DNA of 63,029 bases, filler included, from Octopus bimaculoides (Eukaryota), in the NCBI RefSeq assembly GCF_001194135.2. It is 6 parts of 5 records of this genome, joined end to end, with 100 filler letters (N's around TTAATTAATTAA, not from the genome) between each part and the next. Parts side by side here need not be neighbours in the genome. Positions count along the whole stretch, not along the records: positions 8,498 to 35,088 come from NC_068985.1; positions 35,189 to 41,227 come from NC_069005.1; 4 more parts are not named here. One strand, written 5' to 3'. Every line of letters starts with the position of its first letter. The first letter of the stretch is position 1. A program made the position numbers and the translations under genes. Below are positions 23,625 through 35,454 of this stretch, piece by piece. The notes beneath the pieces are model-generated. The model searched no databases, was not told the DNA's origin, and saw nothing but the letters and a program-made list of their open reading frames with translations.

Positions 23625-23765
23625 ATAGACACCAATAGAGTATTTACTAGGCTTAAATATAAGAAGTCTTGGGGTTCGATTTGCTCAATAAAAGAAGACC
23701 TTTCAAGGCGGTCCTCCAGCATGGCCGCAGCATTTGAAACACGTAAAAGATTAAAAGAATAAAAC
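23625..23765 (+). mobile_element. SINE family C, 3' part
   Basis: ACTAGGCTT...GGGGTTCGATTTGCTC...AAGGCGGTCCTCCAGCATGGCCGCAG. Confidence 0.8.
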
Positions 23766-24244
23766 GATACATATTTATGTAGGTATAATTGTATGTCTGT
23801 GCGTGTATATATATATACACACATACATACACATATATATAAGTGTAAATTAATCACAAATGATGTTGAAGTCTTACGATAGCAATTTTGGTAGAATTTT
23901 ATTGATGCATTCATTGAAGATTACATCATAACATAAATTTCACCATCTTCACGTTACATTTTAAACAGGTAAAATTTAAAACAGATAAATTTCTTATACC
24001 GACCTGGATAAATCCAACGTCAGTTGAATCAATGGTTCATTCAGACTTAACATTCGAATACATATATTTATACACACACACACACACGCACACACACACT
24101 GAGATAGATAGAGTCATGCATACGTAAATCTGTAAATGCATGCGTAAATAATAGTTTGATTTTTTTTCGAAGTTGAGATGTCATTGTGTGCGAGCTTGCT
24201 CTTTGAAACAACTTTGCATTCAAGAATTTACCGTCTCTTTTACT

Positions 24245-24590
24245 ACTTTCGGCAAGTAACTTTCTACGATTATAGCCTCGGGCCGACCAAAGCCTTGTGA
24301 GTGGATTTGGTGGACCGAAACTAAGAGAGGCTCGTCGTATATATTCGTATATATCTATATATGTATGTCCTTGTATCTATGTTTGTCGCCCGACCCCGCT
24401 TAATAACCGGTGCTGGTGTGTTTTCGTCCTAGTAAGTTCGAGACTCGGCAAAAGAGACGGATTGTATAAGTATCAGGCTTTAAAAAAATAATAAATCACT
24501 GGGGTTGTTTCGTTCAACTAAAGCTCTTCAAGGTGGTGCACCAGCATGGCCGCAGTTTAATGAGTAAGACAAGTGAAAGATAAAAGACAT
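24245..24590 (+). mobile_element. SINE family C lacking the tRNA head
   Basis: TATAGCCTCGGGCCGACCAAAGCCTTGTGAGTGGATTTGG...CCAGCATGGCCGCAG. Confidence 0.85.
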
Positions 24591-24977
24591 TCCCATACAT
24601 ACACAAACACTCTCTCTCTCTCTTTTACTCTCTCACTCTCTCTCTCTCTCACTCATAGACACGCACACACATACACGCATATATGAATGCGTGTGTTATA
24701 ACTTTTTCTTTCATCTCTTCTCTCCATCAGATTGGAGTCATACTAGGTTACCACCTTAACCGAATTTTATCGATTATATCGACTTTAGTACTTTGTCTAA
24801 CACTTATTTTATCGACGTCGCCAGCAAGGATGCAAAATTTGACTTAAGCTTCAAGAGACATCACCGAGGTGGAAACAAATGCCGCCTGGTGTCTTTCGCC
24901 ATACACGCGTGCACACTGACACAGTTACTCGCTCATGTGCATGTACGAATTCTCTCTATCTGATAGACGCACGTATA

Positions 24978-25188
24978 TATTAGCACAAAGCCGGCAATTT
25001 GGGGAGAGGTGGGGAATTGGTAACTCAATGACATTGTCCCCAGTAATCAACCGGTATTTATTTTAACCATCCTGAGGATGAAAGGCTAAGTCGACATCGG
25101 CGGAATTAGAACTCAGAACGTAAAAACGGACGAAATGCCACGTAGCATTTTGCCCGGCGTGCTAACGATTCTGTCAGCTCACCGCCTT
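24978..25188 (-). mobile_element. SINE family A
   Basis: The reverse complement reads AAGGCGGTGAGCTGACAGAATCGTTAGCACGCCGGGCAAAATGC...TTCTGAGTTCTAATTCCGCCGATGTCGAC. Confidence 0.88.
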
Positions 25189-25289
25189 ACATACACGTAT
25201 ATACATTATTGTTTAGTCAACATATAGATAAATACATCGTTGCTGTTTGTTTCATCTTTGTGTGAATCTCCGTTCGATAAAAGCATAAC

Positions 25290-25680
25290 ACCTTGTACTT
25301 TGGTGAGTACTCCATTTTTTATTATTTACTCTATTTTTGACGAATATTCTGCTGCATTGAGTACTTAGTTTTTATAGAGTCCTCACTTTAATAACATGTA
25401 GAGTACACTCTACTGTATCGTGTACTTCATGTTAGTATGTGCTCCGTTTTCATTTAGTACTCTTATGTAGTGAGTATTCTATTTAATAACTACTTTGCCG
25501 TGTGCTCTATCTTTTTAAGTACTCTACTTTATTGCGTAATTTACTTTTTTTGTTTAAGCTACTTTCCTCACTGGAGTACTCGATAAAAAGGGGCACTTTA
25601 CTGAGGACTCGATTCAGCACTTTATTTCTATCGGGTACTCTAGTGAGTACTTTACTAAGTACATTGCTGTGGTTATATTT
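25290..25680. repeat. Degenerate array with about 12-bp periodicity (AGTACTCTACTT-like)
   Basis: Many GAGTAC/AGTACT/TACTC cores. The translation gives recurring STLL. Confidence 0.6.
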
Positions 25681-25730
25681 ATGTAAATTCATTTGCAAAA
25701 CATACTCATGATCGCACTCACACACTCACA

Positions 25731-25808
<78 letters not shown>

Positions 25809-25952
25809 CATACATGCACACATAACAGACACAAGTCAGGTTTTAGTTTTTATTGAAGCTGGTATTGCTCAGATTAGGTCAATCCCAGTGTTATACTAGA
25901 CTTTAATGAAGGCAGATAATGAGACAGAAAGAGAAATGAGTCGGCATAACAG

Positions 25953-26209
25953 CGTCAAAGTAAAGTTACCTTCTCTAGTCATACTGACTCATAAGAGCCG
26001 CTTTCCCGGTTTCATAGCGTATATATCACTCACCTGGACCGGACACCGGTGCGTCTCAGGGTTACTCATTTTTACCAGCTGAATGGACTGGAGCAACTTG
26101 AAATGAAGTGTTTTGCTGAAGAACACAACGTGTCGCGGAGTTCGCGAATCGAAACTGCAATCTTACGATCATGAGTTCAACAACCTAACCACTAAGCCAC
26201 GTGCCTCCA
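25953..26209 (-). mobile_element. SINE family D (tRNA head, CORE-like and V-like modules)
   Basis: Reverse complement TGGAGGCACGTGGCTTAGTGGTTAGG...GTTTCGATTC...TTCAGCAAAACACTTCATTTC...GACGCACCGGTGTCCGGTCCAGG...GAAACCGGGAAAGCGG...ACTTTACTTTGAC. Confidence 0.8.
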
Positions 26210-26590
26210 TGACATTCATTCCCAGCACTATTTTCTTTTTGGAGAGCGTCTGATTCACATCAACAGAATTCCTGTAGCTATAAAAGTGAATAGAGCCAAA
26301 TGAGACGATCAAGCGCGGCTTTTTTGATGTTGATAATCTGGCATGGTTTATTGGGCATTCAGTCTATTTCACTGATAGTACTTTTTGGAGCTGGGGACGA
26401 ANNNNNNNNNNNNNNNNNNNNNNNNNNNNNNNNNNNNNNNNNNNNNNNNNNNNNNNNNNNNNNNNNNNNNNNNNNNNNNNNNNNNNNNNNNNNNNNNNNN
26501 NNNNNNNNNNNNNNNNNNNNNNNNNNNNNNNNNNNNNNNNNNNNNNNNNNNNNNNNNNNNNNNNNNNNNNNNNNNNNNNNNNNNNNNNNN

Positions 26591-26961
26591 ACTCCGTCGC
26601 TAACGACGTCGAGGGTTCCAGTTGATCCGATCAACGGGACAGCCTGGTCGTGAAATTAACTTGCAAGTGGCTGAGCACTTCACAGACACGTGTACCCTTA
26701 ACGTAGTTCTTGGGGATATTCAGCGTGACACAGTGTGACAAGGCTGACCCTTTGAATTACAGGTACAACAGAAACAGGAAGTAAGAGTGAGAGCAAGTTG
26801 TGGTGAAAGAGTACAGCAGGGTTCGCCACCATCTCCTGCCGGAGCCTCGTGGAGCTTTAGGTGTTTTCGCTCAATAAACACTCACAACGCGAAACAAATC
26901 GAAACCGCGATTCTACTACCACGAGTCCGCTGCCCTAACCACTGGGCCATTGCGCCTCCAC
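26591..26961 (-). mobile_element. SINE family B (3' end in gap)
   Basis: Reverse complement of the 10151 copy. Confidence 0.92.
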
Positions 26962-27900
26962 ACTTGCAGATCTGTCACATACAGAAAGATTGAGAAAGTC
27001 AACTCGAGGAAGGCTGGAGGGGCAGGAAAGAACGGGAAGAACATTAAAATGGGTAAAACATCAAAATGGCTGATACTAAATATTTTAGCGTCGAATCAGT
27101 GGCGGCGCCAAACAGGCGACGTGAAAACGACTGTGCCAGCGGAGATGAGCGTAAAACTGATTGACTTTTAATGCTTTCGGCAACAGATTTCATTTTGTGT
27201 AAAAATTGTGTAAATTAGAAAATGTGTTCAGGAGTCAGCACGATTTAAAGTTATTGCAGAATAAAGTGAAACCTGCTTTGAAATACAATTTAACTGAATT
27301 TTATTCCGTTTCGTTATATGTTTTTATAATTTTAAACATCCGTAGTTTTAGAATTCGCTCCATAAAATGACTATAATCACATCGGGTATCACACTTTTCA
27401 CAAGTTTTTCAGCTTATAAACAAATCAAATGTGCAATTTATTGCATTTTTGTACATCAGACTCTTATAAATGCAGTTTTTAGCAAAAAATTCAACCTCAC
27501 ATGTTGAGATAATAGGGGAATGATCAAATTCAGTTAATTAATATCCTGTAAGTTCTGTAATCAGCACACTGATCAAACTTGGCATGCTGATTACTTGTGC
27601 TAATCTGTATCTTTTAAGACAAGAACTAATCCAATACATACTTAAATATGTAAATTAGCTAATTATATATTCAAATCTCAAAAATGCAAATGGAGCGTAA
27701 TAATTTTTAAAAATTTTCAACTGAGTTACGTTCTTTAATAAACTAGTTTTATGTGTTACCCTGTTTGAAGAGAATAATTTTATCTGTCAATAGTAACCTT
27801 GTGTTCCAACAAAATATACAATAATGATACCGTGGTTAATTTTTCTCGCATATTTCCCTGTGTGATACACTAAATGGAGAAAACCTGAGCACACACCCAT

Positions 27901-28282
27901 CTTTTTTAAACTTGTTTCAATCATTGAACTGCGGCCATGCTGTCACAAAGACTTTAGTCGATCGAATCGACCACAAAACATAATCTTCAAAAGCCTGGTA
28001 CTTATTCTATCAGCCTTAATGTGCTGAACCGCTAGTTTCGGGGTGTAGAAAAACCAACACCGGTTGTAAAACTGCAATGAGTGACAAGTATAAACTCAAA
28101 GATACACGCGCACATATACGATGGTGTTCTTTAAGTTTCCGTCTTCCAAACCGACACTACCAAACCGACTTTGGTTCGCTCGGGGCTGTAGCAGAGGACG
28201 TTTGTCTAAAGTACCACACAGTGGAACTGAAAAGGGACTAATTTGTAGGAAAGCAAAACTTCTAACCACACACCCACGCCTA
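27901..28282 (-). mobile_element. SINE family C, diverged
   Basis: CTTGTTTCAATCATTGAACTGCGGCCATGC...GTACTTATTCTATC...TTTCCGTCTTCCAAA...CCACACAGTGGAACTGAA. Confidence 0.8.
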
Positions 28283-28464
28283 GTTCTTTATAATTTTTTA
28301 TCTGTCCAGACCAACACGAGATATATTTTCGACAGAGAGGTGGTTAAAAAATTGATTGTGTCTGTCTACATCCTTTTGTGTTTTGAACTCAAATTCCAAT
28401 GGCAAGGAATGTTAGTTTGTTCTTTCGATTAGAGGATAATTATCTCTTCAATCTGTTGAAGAAT

Positions 28465-28660
28465 ACGGTGAGCTGGCTGAAGCATTAGCACCTCAGGCAA
28501 AATGCTTAGCGGCATTTCTTTCGAATCTACGTTCTGAGTTCAAATTCTGCCGTATCGACTTTGCCTTTTATGATTTCGGGTTCGATAAACTAAGTACTAG
28601 CTGGACACTATGGTCAATGCAAACGACTTTTCTCCTCCTAAAATTGCAGGCTTTGTGCCC
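28465..28660 (+). mobile_element. SINE family A
   Basis: CGGTGAGCTGGCTGAAGCATTAGCA...AAAATGCTTAGCGGCATTTC...ACGTTCTGAGTTCAAATTC. Confidence 0.85.
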
Positions 28661-29060
28661 ATCGATCTCGTACACAGCATAATTCAAAGCTAACGCAGGA
28701 TGGATTTCAACTTTGAAATTAGAAATGTAAATTATTACCAGACGCACGTTACTATTCCCATCATATAAACAGCCAAGACATATAGAAAGGTAACAGCTGA
28801 AACGCTATTATCGATAGTTTTGCTCTACTGGAAACTCCCAGGTGTTAAATAACAATATATTATCATATGTTGAATTTCCTGTTTTTATGTTTGACAATTT
28901 TCTCATTTGAATCTTAATTTCCATGCAAAAATATAATTCCGTAGGCATCGTTCTGTGAACGAGTGGTGTTTCTCAACGGCCAGGTAAGCAGAGGAAATAA
29001 TCATTGCTTCATAAATCTTTGGCAGAATCAGAATTTTGCATTTGAAATTGAGGTATCTAT

Positions 29061-29447
29061 CTTCTTTTATCTTTTACTCGCTTCAATCCTTAGACTGCAG
29101 CCATGCTGGGGCACTAGACTGCATGATTTTAGTCGAACGAATTGACGCCAAAACTTTTTTTTTCAAACCATAGTCTCGTTCTCTCTAGCTGAACTAAATA
29201 AACCAACGGGGACGTAAATAAACCAACACTGGTTGTCAAGTGTAGGTGAAAGACAAACGTAGATACAAAGTCGCACACACACTCATACGATAAGTTTCAT
29301 TCATCTTCTTTCTACCAGATCTACTCACAGGCATTTGGTCGGCCCTAGGCAATAGAAGACATTTTTCCAAAGTGCCATACAGTGGTACTGAACCCGAAAC
29401 CATATGGTTGGGAAGTAAACTTCTTACCACATAAGTTTGCCACGCCT
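29061..29447 (-). mobile_element. SINE family C, diverged
   Basis: Same modules as 30311-30727. Confidence 0.8.
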
Positions 29448-29712
29448 GCTGTGAGGGGGGAAATATGCACAATTTTTTTGCATATTCATTGCGAAGTTCT
29501 TAAAATTTTTAGTTTTGTGTAATCCTGTATATCCCTATTTCATTCTTTTTACAAGTCTTTGGCATGACACAACCAGAGAAATGTTAATTAGACATTCTAT
29601 GAAGCGAGATATTTCTTATAAGTAGAAAACAATTAGTCTGGATGAAGTTCATGGAATGTGTGTTCTCCATTTCTTTCTCCTGTTCTTCATTAAGCGTAAG
29701 TAGTATAGCAAT

Positions 29713-29764
<52 letters not shown>

Positions 29765-30223
29765 GGGAGAGGGAGAAACAGGGACAGAGAAAGTTGTTGG
29801 TGTCTATTGCACTATTATAAATTAAATACCAAAATGCTATGACAGCGAATCATAGTATGATTATATCAGTTATATTGCTTTCTTCTAATCAATTTGAGTA
29901 TTTCTATATAAATTATTTTACTGCCATGTATCTAGTTAGCTATCAGTATATTGTCAATATTGTGCTACATACTTCCAGAGTCAATAAAATGGGTGATATT
30001 TCAGATTAAATGACGGTTCCTCGTAGTAAAATTCGTTACTATATGTAAATATATATTATAAATCGTCAGTTGAAACAGTGAAATATTTGTTGTGCTATGA
30101 CAGAAAAGTCTAACGTTTCGGATGATTGGCTTTCTACTATGGAGAGAGGAAATACACATATCTTATCCTTAGACAAGTAAGTAAATGAATAAAGTGTGGT
30201 AAGTATGTAGAGGAAGTAGGTGG

Positions 30224-30276
<53 letters not shown>

Positions 30277-30310
30277 AGAGAAAGTTAGTGCTTTATTATA
30301 AATCAATAGC

Positions 30311-30727
30311 CTCTTTTACTCTTTTACTTGTTTCAGTCATGTGACTGCGGCCATGNNNNNNNNNNCAGTCATGTGACTGCGGCCATGCTGGAGCAACGCT
30401 TTTAGTCGAGTAAATCGACCCCAGGACTTATTCTTTGGAAGCCTAGTACTTATTCTATCGGTCTCTTTTGCCGAACCGCTAAGTTACGGGGACGTAAATA
30501 CACCAGCATCGGTTGTCAAGCGATGTTGAGGGGACAAAGACAAACACATACACAAACATACATATATATATACATATATACGACGGGCTTCTTTCAGTTT
30601 CCGTCGACCAAATCCACTTACAAGGCTTCGGTCGGCCCGAGGCTATAGTAGAAGATACTTAGATACTTACTCAAGGTGCCACGCAGTGGGACTGAACACG
30701 GAACCATGCGGTTGATAAGCAAGCTAC
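30311..30727 (-). mobile_element. SINE family C, young near-full copy with internal CA/TA tract
   Basis: Head AGCTTGCTTATCAACCGCATGGTTCCGTGTTCAGTCCCACTGCGTGGCACCTTGAGTAAGT, 3' tail AAACAAGTAAAAGAGTAAAAGAG. A small gap-flanking duplication lies at 30335-30390. Confidence 0.92.
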
Positions 30728-31874
30728 ATTTTTTTATTCCAGTTCAAGCTAGGCCGAAAAGCTGCTGAAACAGCTTGCGACATCAACGATGCGTTTCGCC
30801 GAGGAACCACTATTGAACGTACAGCACAATGGTGGTTCAAGAAATTTCGTAGCGGCGACGAGAATCTTGAAGATGATAAGTGTAGTGGTCGGCTATCGGA
30901 TGTTGACAACGATCAACTAAGAGCTTCAGTCGAAGCCAATCCACGCACAACTGTTCGAGAGCTTGCATCTGAATTAGACGTAACGTANNNNNNNNNNAGT
31001 CGAAGCCAATCCACGCACAACTGTTCGAGAGCTTGCATCTGAATTAGACGTAACGTATACGACAATTTCCAACCACATGAAAGAGATTGGAAAAACAAAA
31101 ATACTTGACGAATGGATGCCGCACGAATTGAACGACAACCAAATAAAATACCGTTTGAAGTGTCGTCTTCCTTTCCTTTACACAAGAACGATCCGTTTCT
31201 CGACCGGATTGTGACTCGCGATGGAAGGTGGATTCTTTACAACAACCAGCGACGCNNNNNNNNNNNNNNNNNNNNNNNNNNNNNNNNNNNNNNNNNNNNN
31301 NNNNNNNNNNNNNNNNNNNNNNNNNNNNNNNNNNNNNNNNNNNNNNNNNNNNNNNNNNNNNNNNNNNNNNNNNNNNNNNNNNNNNNNNNNNNNNNNNNNN
31401 NNNNNNNNNNNNNNNNNNNNNNNNNNNNNNNNNNNNNNNNNNNNNNNNNNNNNNNNNNNNNNNNNNNNNNNNNNNNNNNNNNNNNNNNNNNNNNNNNNNN
31501 NNNNNNNNNNNNNNNNNNNNNNNNNNNNNNNNNNNNNNNNNNNNNNNNNNNNNNNNNNNNNNNNNNNNNNNNNNNNNNNNNNNNNNNNNNNNNNNNNNNN
31601 NNNNNNNNNNNNNNNNNNNNNNNNNNNNNNNNNNNNNNNNNNNNNNNNNNNNNNNNNNNNNNNNNNNNNNNNNNNNNNNNNNNNNNNNNNNNNNNNNNNN
31701 NNNNNNNNNNNNNNNNNNNNNNNNNNNNNNNNNNNNNNNNNNNNNNNNNNCGTTGGCAAATGTGTGTTGATTCTGATGGTGTTTATTTCGTTTAATAAAG
31801 TTTTGAATGAGCCGAGATATTTGCATCTGAATTTAAAGGTTAAAAACCGCAAGAACTTTCTTGACAACCTAATA
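30727..31874 (+). mobile_element. Mariner transposon, 5'-truncated, catalytic core mostly in N gap
   Basis: FQFKLGRKAAETA...WWFKKFRSGDENLEDD..SGR...ANPRTTVRELA...DEWMPHEL...FLDRIVTRDGRWILYNN...RWQMCVDSDGVYF. The 3' TIR is AAAAACCGCAAGAACTTTCTTGACAACCTAA+TA. Confidence 0.92.
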
Positions 31875-32561
31875 TATTTAGAAGAATTTTCCAGGATTTT
31901 CACATCCAAGGGTAATGTAACAAATTCTAGACAGGAGCAAGCATTGAGATGCTTGCACATGAGGAAATTCACATTTGCGAAGTATAAATGAATAATTATC
32001 ATTTAAACTATACAAGATTTTGAAATAATGGACTGAAAATGATTATCCAATAAGAACTTGAACTTAAGATTGTTCGCGTCTAACTTAACGACAGCTCTAA
32101 ATTATATAATGTAGAGTTTATAAAAGAAACGGCCATACTGAGGGATATCAAGTTAAGGCCCTGAAGAGACTGCACCGTTTTATAGTAGGGTCGCAGTTGC
32201 AACGATTACTAACCGATACAATTGAAAGATGTGTCGGTCTTAAAAGGTGGTATATAATTATAGAATTAAAGGTAATGCTGTTACAACTTCAGAGTAATCC
32301 TTATTTTTAATATTGTTAATATTTATACACTAGGAAGCCTATATGGTTAAGGAAATATATTCAGAATTATCCAACGGAATATTCCACTAATTTCTTATCT
32401 TATAAGAAATTTACTGGATTCATATGTTAACTGTTGAATAACATACTTTGAATACCTAACTGAGAGCAAACTGGTAATCGTTTTGGAGTAAACACTTACA
32501 TTTTATTAATACACACACGACACATACACATATACATACACACACACATACACCCACACAT

Positions 32562-32600
<39 letters not shown>

Positions 32601-33899
32601 NNNNNNNNNNNNNNNNNNNNNNNNNNNNNNNNNNNNNNNNNNNNNNNNNNNNNNNNNNNNNNNNNNNNNNNNNNNNNNNNNNNNNNNNNNNNNNNNNNNN
32701 NNNNNNNNNNNNNNNNNNNNNNNNNNNNNNNNNNNNNNNNNNNNNNNNNNNNNNNNNNNNNNNNNNNNNNNNNNNNNNNNNNNNNNNNNNNNNNNNNNNN
32801 NNNNNNNNNNNNNNNNNNNNNNNNNNNNNNNNNNNNNNNNNNNNNNNNNNNNNNNNNATATATATATATATACATACATATATGTGTGTATGTATGTATG
32901 TATGTATGTATGTATGTATGTAGGGAGAGAGTCGTGGTATGCTGAAGCAGAGGGATAGAGATACAGAGACATAGAATTAAGCGTTAATGCTATTTCTGTT
33001 ATATGAGATGAAGCGTTGTTGGCGTGTACAGAGAATTAACTCCAGCAGGGGTGGGTTGGTGCGGAGGAAATGGTAAGTGATAGTATGAGAGGGAGTGAAG
33101 TGCGTGGTATAATGTTAGGGAATGGTCAAGAGGTAAATTTGGGGTCAAATGTCAAAGAGGGAAAAAAATAATTAGTTATGGTCTGGTAGTGTTGTTTACG
33201 TCTGTTCGCACAATTAAACAGATTGACAATCCGAAAGAGGGACTGTTAGGAGAGTGGTTGAGGCAGTGACGTGAGAGCTTTAAGGAGGAAGAAATATAAT
33301 TAGTTAAGTCCGGACTAACATACTTGATGTAGTGTGTGAGCTACACATAATTTTTTTTTAATCAATTTGAAATTATAACCGTAATGAGAATAAAAGTAAT
33401 TAGCGCTAATGACAGTTCTTGTTAAAGAAAACCCAGAAATAAAATAAAAGAAAATAAGAAAGACATTCTGAAATCTAAATTGACTAAAAATTAAATGGAG
33501 ACAAGCATCGGGGGTGGAGTATTCTTTACGACAATGTCAAAAAAAGCTATAATGAGAGAAATGTGCGTGTATGTATTGGTGGTAGTGGCGGTGGTGCTGG
33601 TGGTGATGGTGGACTGGAGAATCTTGAAGGGAGGAGAAGCAGGAAAAGGAGTAAGAGTAGGAGAGAGGCAGAGATAAAGAAGTGAGGGAATGTATTGACT
33701 ACAAAAAGAATAGAAGCTATATTGAAGAGAATGGAAAGATCGAAAAGGATGTGGGAAGAAGAATATAGTTTAAAAGAGAGAGAAAAGAGAGATAGACAGA
33801 GAGAGAAAAGATAGATAGATAGAGAGAGCAAAGGAGAAAGAGAGTCAAATCAAATGAAAGAATTTGAAATCTGAGATAAAGTTCAAATAAAAGATCTCA

Positions 33900-34310
33900 A
33901 AAATAGGTTTTTACAGCTGACAAAAAATGGTTCAGACATAAGGTCAAATTGGTGAGCGAGGATATGCTTCGAGTAGAAGCTAAATATTTTTGCCTGCGTT
34001 TGAAGGTGCTGGCAGGTAATAGTAAGTGACTTCGTAGCATGTAAGGTTGCTGGTGGAGCGGTCAGTTCGGTCGCTAAATTGCAATTGTGCTTTTCGGGTC
34101 GATAACAACGGCACCATTATAGGTAAAGGAATAAGACAGGAGTTTGGAGCGCGGGCATTTGCAGATGCTGAGATATCTGTTAGAAGGCAAGAAGGTATTT
34201 GTACAAGACATCGCTAAGTTTTTATCCATTCTGTGCTGGAGTCGATGAAAATGGTTTCATGGAATATACCGCGAGAGCATTTGAAGTTACCGAAGTAATT
34301 TTTATGAAGA
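33900..34310 (-). mobile_element. Possible old LINE remnant (EN-RT linker, I/Jockey-like)
   Basis: SYSFTYNGAVVIDPKSTIA resembles the ...YNG..ITDP..IAN linker. Otherwise very degraded. Confidence 0.3.
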
Positions 34311-35188
34311 AAGAAAGAAAGCATTTCTGCTAGACATATCCAAAGTTTTGTTTATTTTCATGGTCGTACATTTACTAACGTTAACGTCACTGGGATTAGT
34401 ATGAGTTTTATCTGAATGTAAAAGAAATATAATGAATTATTCAATATCAGCATGGGTATCTACAACACTGAGGAGTTGTGTGAGTTTCAGGACATGTGCT
34501 TTTTGTACATGTGCTTTTTATACATGTGCTTAAATAGATTTAAGTCACTAAACATTGGAAAAAAATGATATGACAATTCATAAAAATCTCTCGGCACATA
34601 AACTGCACCTACATCTATTTTAAAAACTTTGATACAAGGATATATGAAATTTAATCAAAATGTCTGTTCTAATTTAAGCACCTAGAGTTATACTTTTTCT
34701 TTCTTACTTATTACAAAGCTCTTCATATTTCTAGTTGTAATCATGTATAGTACTATTTCTTTTCCACACGTGACCATCTTTCTTTTCCTGCACAGAGGTT
34801 CAAAAGGCTGGACGTTTTATTTCTGCTTTTTCTATCTCTTCTCTTTTCAAAGAAAATATTTCTCCCAGCGTCCACTATTTTCCTCTAGTTCTGGTCTAAT
34901 GACCCTCCATGTTTGTTTTCGTTCGGTTTCCTTCTATGTCTCCACTGTCCTGTTTTCCATCACAACTTTGACCCTCCATAAATCCTAAATTTTATTTTAG
35001 AATTCATGGGAGCAACTGTCTTTGAAGTCTCATATTGTCGTTGAATACTCGAAATGAGGAGTAGATAGACAGCCAACAACTGATGAAGNNNNNNNNNNNN
35101 NNNNNNNNNNNNNNNNNNNNNNNNNNNNNNNNTTAATTAATTAANNNNNNNNNNNNNNNNNNNNNNNNNNNNNNNNNNNNNNNNNNNN

Positions 35189-35348
35189 ATTTAAAAGCAG
35201 CAGAAATATAACAAAAAAACCGTTACTCTGAGTTTCACGTTCCCGTTCATCGGACAGTTTTGTTAGATTTCTAACAAAACTGTCCGATGAACGGGAACGT
35301 GAAACTCAGAGTAACGGTTTTTTTGTTATATTTCTGCTGCTTTTAAAT
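35189..35348. repeat. Perfect palindrome, 79-bp arms, 2-nt spacer, each arm carrying a hammerhead motif
   Basis: 35189-35267 is the exact reverse complement of 35270-35348. It starts at the contig edge. Confidence 0.95.
35272..35328 (+). ncRNA. Type-I hammerhead ribozyme motif with CCGATGA core variant (mirror copy on minus strand at about 35209-35265)
   Basis: TAAC-AAAACTGT-CCGATGA-ACG-GGAA-CGT-GAAA-CTCAGAG-TA-ACGGTTTT-(TTT)-GTTA: 8+4-bp stem I, 3-bp stem II, self-complementary stem III ACTC-A-GAGT, GUA triplet ending at 35313. Confidence 0.72.
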
Positions 35349-35454
35349 AAAGCATATTACTCTACCTCTGGTATTTGAGTACTCTTTTTTCCACCTTGTT
35401 GCACATTTCATGTGCTTACTCCGGTATATACATATATATATATATACATGTGCG

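Noticed and set aside
27090-27738. AT-rich segment ending GTTACGTTCTTTAA, Kolobok-like terminus
   Set aside because: The matching left end was not found, so the family call is unsupported.
30101-30180. 73-nt exon-like stretch (KSNVSDDWLSTMERGNTHILSLD) before GTAAGT
   Set aside because: Weak acceptor, phase incompatible with the 28945 micro-exon candidate, and no homology recognised.
30924-31055. Apparent tandem duplication inside the mariner (also 995-1248 and 30335-30390)
   Set aside because: Identical sequence on both sides of a 10-11-N gap, typical of unmerged contig overlaps.
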